Shown here: piece after piece, positions 57,217 to 64,000 of the stretch | Numbering within the stretch: position 1 is the first letter of the stretch | Layout of the letters: each line of letters begins with the position of its first letter | Origin: Eledone cirrhosa | Taxonomy: Eukaryota | Direction: 5' to 3' | Length of the DNA: 64,000 bases | Assembly: GCA_964016885.1 (NCBI GenBank) | Contig: OZ024757.1 | Span: forward strand, 26,908,001-26,972,000 | Program-made: the position numbers and the translations under genes | Notes under the pieces: model-generated | What the model was told of the DNA's origin: nothing | What the model saw: the letters and a program-made list of their open reading frames with translations, nothing else | The model's database searches: none

Positions 57217-59002
57217 TCATCATCATCATCATCATCATCGTTTAACGTCCATGTTCCATGCTTGCATGGGTTTGGACGGGAGTTTTCCCACTTGAGGCAA
57301 GAGTGGTTGTCTTGCTCGCATAGGACTGTCTGGCGGGTTTTCTACAGTTGGATGCCCTTCCTAACACCAACCACATTTACAGTGTGGGGCTGGGAGGTTT
57401 TTACCGTGTTGCCTACACGGCCACATTACAGCGTGGACTGTCTGGCAGGTTTTCTACAGCTGGATGCCCTTCCTAACACCAACCACATTTACAGTGTGGG
57501 GCTGGGAGGTTTTTACCGTGTTGCCTACACGGCCACATTACAGCGTGGACTGTCTGGCAGGTTTTCTACAGTTGGATGCCCTTCCTAACACCAACCACAT
57601 TTACAGTGTGGGGCTGGGAGGTTTTTACCGTGTTGCCTACACGGCCACATTACAGCGTGGACTGTCTGGCAGGTTTTCTACAGCTGGATGCCCTTCCTAA
57701 CACCAACCACATTTACAGTGTGGGGCTGGGAGGTTTTTACCGTGTTGCCTACACGGCCACATTACAGCGTGGACTGTGTGTTTTTTGTCGTGACACCTAC
57801 ACGATCTCATTTGTTTCGGCCTGGATTTTGTGGCACCAACATAACTTTACATTGAAAGGGGCGGTGTGGATGGGGTGGGGGTGGTGGGACGGGGGTGTAT
57901 TTTGTGAGAGATGCCTACTGACTGTAGTAGGTTTTACTATGTATTTAGGTAACGCGATCTTCTCTGTTACTGAGTACCGCCAAAGGTCTCGGTCCAGTGA
58001 CATTGTCTTGGAGAGGTGTAAGTGTGTGAGGTCGGAATGTATCAGCTCGTCCCAGGTTTTTCTGGGTCTGCCTACTCCATGGCTACCATCTATCTTTATT
58101 GCCCTGCACTTTGTTATACAGCTGTCGTCTTTCATGCGCATCACGTGACCATACCAACGTAGCCTTCTCTCGAGTAAACAACATCTGATCCCTCTTATTT
58201 CTAATTTTTTCCTTAGTTCGTGTATGCTTTGCCGTTCGCGTATATTACTATTACACATCCAGCGGAGCATGCAAGCTTCGTTCCTCTCTAGTCTGCGTAT
58301 ATCCTCTGCACACAATGCCCAGGTCTCACTGCCATGCAACATTGCTGTTCGTATGCAGGCATCATACAACCTGCCTTTCACTTTTAGGGAGAACCCTTTA
58401 GCGGCTAATAGTGGTATAAGCTCTCTGAACTTTTTCCATCCAGTTCTGACTCTAGCTACTGTACTTTCGGAGCACCCTCCCCCACTGCTGATTTTGTCAC
58501 CCAGGTAACGGAAGCTGTCCACTATTTCTATAGAACCCTCTGCGCAGTTGAAAGAGCTAGTATTTTGTGGGCATTTGCTGCTACTTATTGCACCAGAGCA
58601 CCGGCCACATGTAAAATCTGTGTTCTTAGTTAGCTTACCTGTGATCCCACTACATCTTTTATGCACCCATACTTTGCATTTGGGACATAAAATGGAGTTT
58701 CTACCTACGCCTTTCCTACACACTGAGCATGGCCATTTCCCGGAAGGGACCGGCGCCTTATTTTCTTTCCTACAAACTAGAACTTTAGTCTTAGCCATGT
58801 TAATTTTAAGGCCTTTTGATTCTAGGCCGTGCTTCCATGTTTGGAATTTCTTCTCTAGCTCGGCCATTGATTCAGCTATGATCGTTAGGTCATCTGCGTA
58901 TAGGAGTTCCCATGGGCAGCCGGTCTTGAACTCCTCTGTTATAGCCTGAAGAGCAATAATGAATAGTAGGGGGCTAAGAACAGAGCCCTGATGGACACCA
59001 AC
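57217..59002 (-). mobile_element. Young 5'-truncated RTE-clade LINE (RT C-terminal half with embedded PHD-type finger, 3' UTR, (GAT)n tail)
   Basis: Uninterrupted 402-codon frame 59002-57797: VGVHQGSVLSPLLF, LLYADDL, GLKINMAKTK, C4HC3 insert, FRYLG, LHGSETW, RLRWYGHVMR, GRPRKTW. The tail reads CCATGCAAGCATGGAACATGGACGTTAAAC(GAT)n. Confidence 0.93.
57323..57777. repeat. 112-bp tandem repeat, 4 copies, in the RTE 3' UTR
   Basis: GGACTGT recurs at 57323, 57435, 57547, 57659 and 57771. Confidence 0.93.
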
Positions 59003-59392
59003 TTATATATATATATAAGAGAGTCAGGGCCCTATGGCTGAGCTCTTGCCTCAGTATTGAGTACTCTACTGAATAATGGTCTTACTAGTTTAAACTGGTT
59101 AAAATCATAACCTATATATCTATTCATTTATATATATATATATATAAGGGTTTCCTGGAGAAGAACATGAGGGAACCATGGTTAAATAAGGTACTAAATA
59201 CTTTAGTAGAAAAGGTGCATATTTATTTCATACAGAAATGACTTCTATAACTCTAACTCTAACCTTAACAGTTCTATCACTGTAGAAATATATTATATAT
59301 ATGTATATCATCATCATCATCATCACCGTTTAACGTCCACCTTCCACACTAGCATGGGTTAGATGTGTGTGTATATATATATATATATATAT

Positions 59393-59719
59393 TCATTCAT
59401 TTCATTTTACGTCCGCTTTTCCCTGCTTGCAAGGGTGGGACGGGAAATGATTCTGGCTTGATTTCTACAGCTGGATGCCCTTCCTAACACCAACCTCATT
59501 TACAGTGAGTGCTGTGTGCTTTTTTGCCGTGGCACCTCCACGACCACTTTGCAGTGGAATGATAGGGACCCCAGTCCCTATCATCTCATTTCTACAGCTG
59601 AGTAAACTGGAGCAATGTGGAATAAAGTGTCTTGCTCAAGGAAACAACACATCACCCGGTCTGAGAATTGAACTCACAACCTTTCGATTACAAGGCCAAT
59701 GCTCTAACCACTAAGCCAT
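59393..59719 (-). mobile_element. SINE family B, near full length
   Basis: Reverse complement of 18522-18870. Confidence 0.88.
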
Positions 59720-61749
59720 CCAACACTAGCAACAAATGACCACATAGATTCTTTTCCAACAAATCTCCAAAGGTCCTTCAGAATCCCCCGACGATGGATG
59801 TGAAATCCAAAAAATAGGGACAAATATCTATTCCAAGTGAACCTCATCTCTGGTTTTCATTTCATTTTACATTTCTCTTCCTCCTTATCCCCTTTCTCCC
59901 TACTATCACCTCATTTTGTTACCTACATCTGCATTGTAGAGGCTTCCAGAACGGCTATTCTTCATATTCCACAATGTTTCAAGCAAACTTATATATATAT
60001 ATATCATCAGCATATATATATATATATATGTCATCATCATCATCATCATCATCATAAATTTGCTTTCCATGCTGGCATGGTTTGGTTGGGTTGTCACAGT
60101 CCCAGACAAAACAGGTCACAGAAACACATCTTGCACATACAATCTATATTTTGGTATGGTTTCTACAGCTGGATGTCCTACCTACCGCCAACCACTTTAC
60201 AGAGTGCACAGGGTGCATCAGCTTTCTTTAAATTTCCATAACATTTTTAATTTTGTTTCAGAATTCTAAAAATTTGCATTTGAGCATAACTAATATTTAA
60301 AACAGCAAATTTTAAATTTTGTTTCATAAAATTTATAAAATTATGTTTTCAAAATATTTCAAATTATGTTTTCATAGATTTCGAAATATTTTTACTAGCC
60401 CCACCCTTTAGTATCATGAAATCCAAGTCAAACTCATGAAGCTGGTACCATAAAAACAGGTACCCAGTATAATCTGGAAAGTGGTAGTGAGAATGTAGTG
60501 TTGAGAGGCCCTGTAATGGCAGAGTTTATTTTCAGGAAATTTTAAAACTGCACAAATTTTTGAAGCAAATGCCATGACCCAGCATTTGAGAAACAATTAT
60601 ATTGGCTATATTTAACATTTTATGAGTCACTCCAGGTAGAACTGCTACTTCTCCGAATTGAGAGATCACAGCTCTAATATTATGGGCATGTGGCTAGAAT
60701 GTCTCAGGAAAAAATTGCTGGACAGATTTTACAGGAAAAAACCAACCGACAGGAGACCCAAAGGTAGACCCCATGCAATATGGTTGGATAACGTCCATGA
60801 GCTTGGCAGATCTCGCTTGGGGATAGGACCCACTGGAAGGAGTGTTTGAGGACTCTGCCTCCATGACCCTGTCAGGAATAAGTGGGCAAAGAAGAAGAAG
60901 AAGGAGAAGAAAAATTTAATTTAGAAGTACACAAGCAGGATCAACTGCATGTTAAAATAATAACTGGAGTATTGCCTCTTTTTTGAAAAAGATAGAATAG
61001 AAATTAGTACTATTTTCTGATTTTGTAAGCATGTCCACATATGGAATTCAAAAAGGTGTTGTTGAAAAGATGATTGATAATCTTGTGGGTGTCTACCAGA
61101 TGGAGCTTTAATGTATCAATGCCCAGGGAAGCAAAACGTTAAGAGTATGGTAGATGTCTGAGGGAGGGTATTCATCTGGTTTCCAGGAGATCAATATTCT
61201 AAGCAAGATAGGTGTTTCAGACTAGTGATGTAAAATCTAAGTGTGGATGCACAATAGTTCTATGCAGCTTTAAATAGATATCAGGAGTACTGCTGATCAT
61301 AAGTCCAACACACTTACCACTAGGCCACATGCCTTCACACTGCAGAGTTTATTTTAAGTAAACATTACAACTGCACAAATATTTGAGGCAGATGTCATGA
61401 CCTAGTGTTTGATATTCTCTGAGTCTGAGAATAATTAATGGCTATTTTTAACATTTTATGGGTGTTTTATATCTTTTAACCATCATTTATCATGTACACA
61501 CATGGTTATCAACACAAAATGTACACGTCTTCTTCTTCTTCTTTGATCATTTATTCCTGAGAGGGTCGTGGGGGCAGAGTCCTTAAACAATCCTTCCAGT
61601 GGGTCCTATCAGAAGCAACTGTCTCCAACTGATCCGGCTGGATCCCCAAGCATGACCAGCCAAGCTCATGGATGTACACTAACTGCACAAAATTATATTT
61701 AGGACTACTCAATCAATGGTCAGTTGTACATTAACATAATCACAGCCCT

Positions 61750-61901
61750 TTAACCCTTTAGCATTTAAACCGGTCATGTTAAGGTATTGTTCTCAAAATA
61801 AGTAATATCAAAATATCGTAGATTTGATATTATGTGAGATAATGCTTTTACCATGAAAATACGATAGCAAATATAGAGTAATGTAAACACTAAAGGGTTA
61901 A
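61750..61901. mobile_element. piggyBac-like MITE, internally deleted
   Basis: TTAA-CCCTTTAGCATTTA ... CTAAAGGG-TTAA. Confidence 0.8.
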
Positions 61902-62065
61902 TAATGATTTCTAGTATAGGCAAAAGGCCAGTAATTTGGGGGTAGGGGAAAGTTGATTAAATTGAACCCAGTACATTACTGGTGCTTCATTTTATTGACC
62001 CCGACTCTACCGATACTGCCAATCCACCAAGGGTTAATAATTGTTTCTACTTTTGGCACAAGGCC

Positions 62066-62628
62066 AACAACTGATGCAGGGAGTTTGTTCCATTGAGGTT
62101 TTAAAGGATGCAGTGTCTCGACAGCTAACAACAGACGCAAGTAGTTTGTTCCATGGAGGTTTTAAAGGATGCAGTGTCTCGACAGCTAACAACTGTTGCC
62201 GGTAGTTGGTTCCATGGAGGTTTTAAAGGATGCAGTGTCTCGACAGCTAACAACTGATGCAGGTAGTTTGTTCCATGGAGGTTTTAAAGGATGCAGTGTC
62301 TTGACAGCTAACAACTGATGCAGGTAGTTTGTTCCATGGAGGTTTTAAAGGGTGCAGTGTCTCGACAGCTAACAACTGATGCAGGGAGTTTGTTCCATGG
62401 AGGTTTTAAAGGATGCAGTGTCTCGACAGCTAACAACTGATGCAGGGAGTTTGTTCCATGGAGGTTTTAAAGGATGCAGTGTCTCGACAGCTAACAACCG
62501 ATGCAAGGAGTTTGTTCCATGCTTCAGCAACTCTGAGCGTGACAAAATGTTTCTGAAAGTCATGGGAACTGTGCTGTTTTCTGACTTTGTGGACATGTCC
62601 ACGTGTGTTAGACACATGGAAATTAAAA
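62066..62628 (-). mobile_element. CR1-like LINE ORF2 C-terminus with 61-bp tandem expansion (about 7 units)
   Basis: Minus-strand NTRGHVHKV...[28 protein letters not shown] fits the CR1 TRGH/RV...WN.LP motif. GATGCAGTGTCTCGACAG recurs at 62107, 62168 and 62229. Confidence 0.85.
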
Positions 62629-62894
62629 TACAATAGTATATATAGAGTAATGTAAATACTAAAGGATTAATCTTGTGATGGTGCCATGATGAAATACCTT
62701 CTGGTAGCCAGCTGTAGAAACCATAGCAAAAATGGAACATAATTGTGAGACATGGACTTCTGACCTGTTTAGTCTGAAACTGTGACAACTTGGCCAGCAG
62801 ATGGCAGCATGACAAATGGAGGTATGGTGAGGAGGAGGAGGAGAATAAAGTTGAGGAGGAGGTGGGTGGGAGGGGGGAGAATGAGGATAAGTGT

Positions 62895-63245
62895 GATGAT
62901 GATTACGATGATGTAATGACGATAATGAGGGTGGTGATGATGATGATGATGATGATGGCTATGATAAGGATGATGATGATGATAGTGATGAGGGTGATGA
63001 CGATGGTGATGATGACGATGATGATGATGATGATGATGACCATGATGATGGTGGTGATGATGATTATGATAATGATGATGATGATAGTGGTGAGGATGAT
63101 GACGATTAAGATGATGATGATGTTGATATTAGTGATGATGGTAATGATGATGGTGATAATGGTGATGTTGATATTAGTGATGATGGTAATGATGATGGTG
63201 ATAATGGTGATGTTGATATTAGTGATAATGGTAATGATGATGAAA
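62895..63245. repeat. (GAT)n degenerate trinucleotide array
   Basis: Seen directly in the sequence. Confidence 0.93.
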
Positions 63246-63449
63246 ATGGCAACTACCCCGCCCAAACTACTAATTTCTCTTTTCCTCTCTGTTTTTTGTT
63301 TGTTTGCCTGTTTTATTTTTATTTATGTCTTCTTTTAGATTGTTTTGTTTTTGTAAAGAATTAAAAACAAAAAGGTTAAGATTGGATGTCTTTGCTGTGA
63401 CTGGTTACAGCACTACCATCTGTTTAAGCCACACATTGGGAGGAAATAA

Positions 63450-64000
63450 CACACATATATATATATATATACATATGTACACACACATATATATCTACAT
63501 ATACATATATATGTGTGTGTACATATGTATATACACATATATATGTGTGTATACATATGTATATACACATATATATGTGTGTATACATATGTATATACAT
63601 ATATATGTGTGTATACATATGTACATATATATATATGTGTGTATACATATATATGTGTGTATATATATGTATATACATATATATGTGTGTATATATATGT
63701 ATATACATATATATGTGTGTATATATATGTATATACATATATGTGTGTGTATACATATGTATATACATATGTGTGTATACATATGTATATACATATATAT
63801 GTGTGTATACATATGTATATACATATATATGTGTGTATACATATGTATATACATATATATGTGTGTGTATATATATATATAAATATATAAATATATGTAT
63901 ATATACATACATATATATATAAATATATGTATATATACATACATATATATATAAATAAATGTATATATATAAAAATATATAAATATATGTATATATACAT
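63450..64000. repeat. Compound (TA)/(TG)/(CA) microsatellite
   Basis: Seen directly in the sequence. Confidence 0.95.

Overview
Eukaryotic, very AT-rich and repeat-dominated window, almost certainly intronic or intergenic animal DNA. The SINE families, the RTE, CR1, Tx1 and R4 LINE fragments and the very long (TA)n, (CA)n and trinucleotide arrays point to a coleoid cephalopod such as Octopus (inference). No complete host gene is recognisable, and nearly all long ORFs in the track are microsatellite read-throughs. Supported content: two tRNA-derived SINE families, a young 5'-truncated RTE LINE with a PHD-type zinc finger inside its RT, a decayed R4/Dong-type LINE sitting in (TAA)n, CR1/Tx1/CRE fragments, piggyBac-, Tc1/mariner-, pogo- and hAT-like MITEs, and several minisatellites seeded from retroelement 3' ends. 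There are also one or two candidate minus-strand host exons. The most notable hidden signal is a set of minimal type I hammerhead ribozyme (HHR) motifs of the kind carried by Penelope-like element LTRs. These include a 172-bp-arm near-perfect inverted repeat with one HHR on each strand (41189-41548) and a second HHR with the same palindromic helix III about 1.1 kb downstream (42579-42634). Several foldback palindromes also sit in (TA)n.
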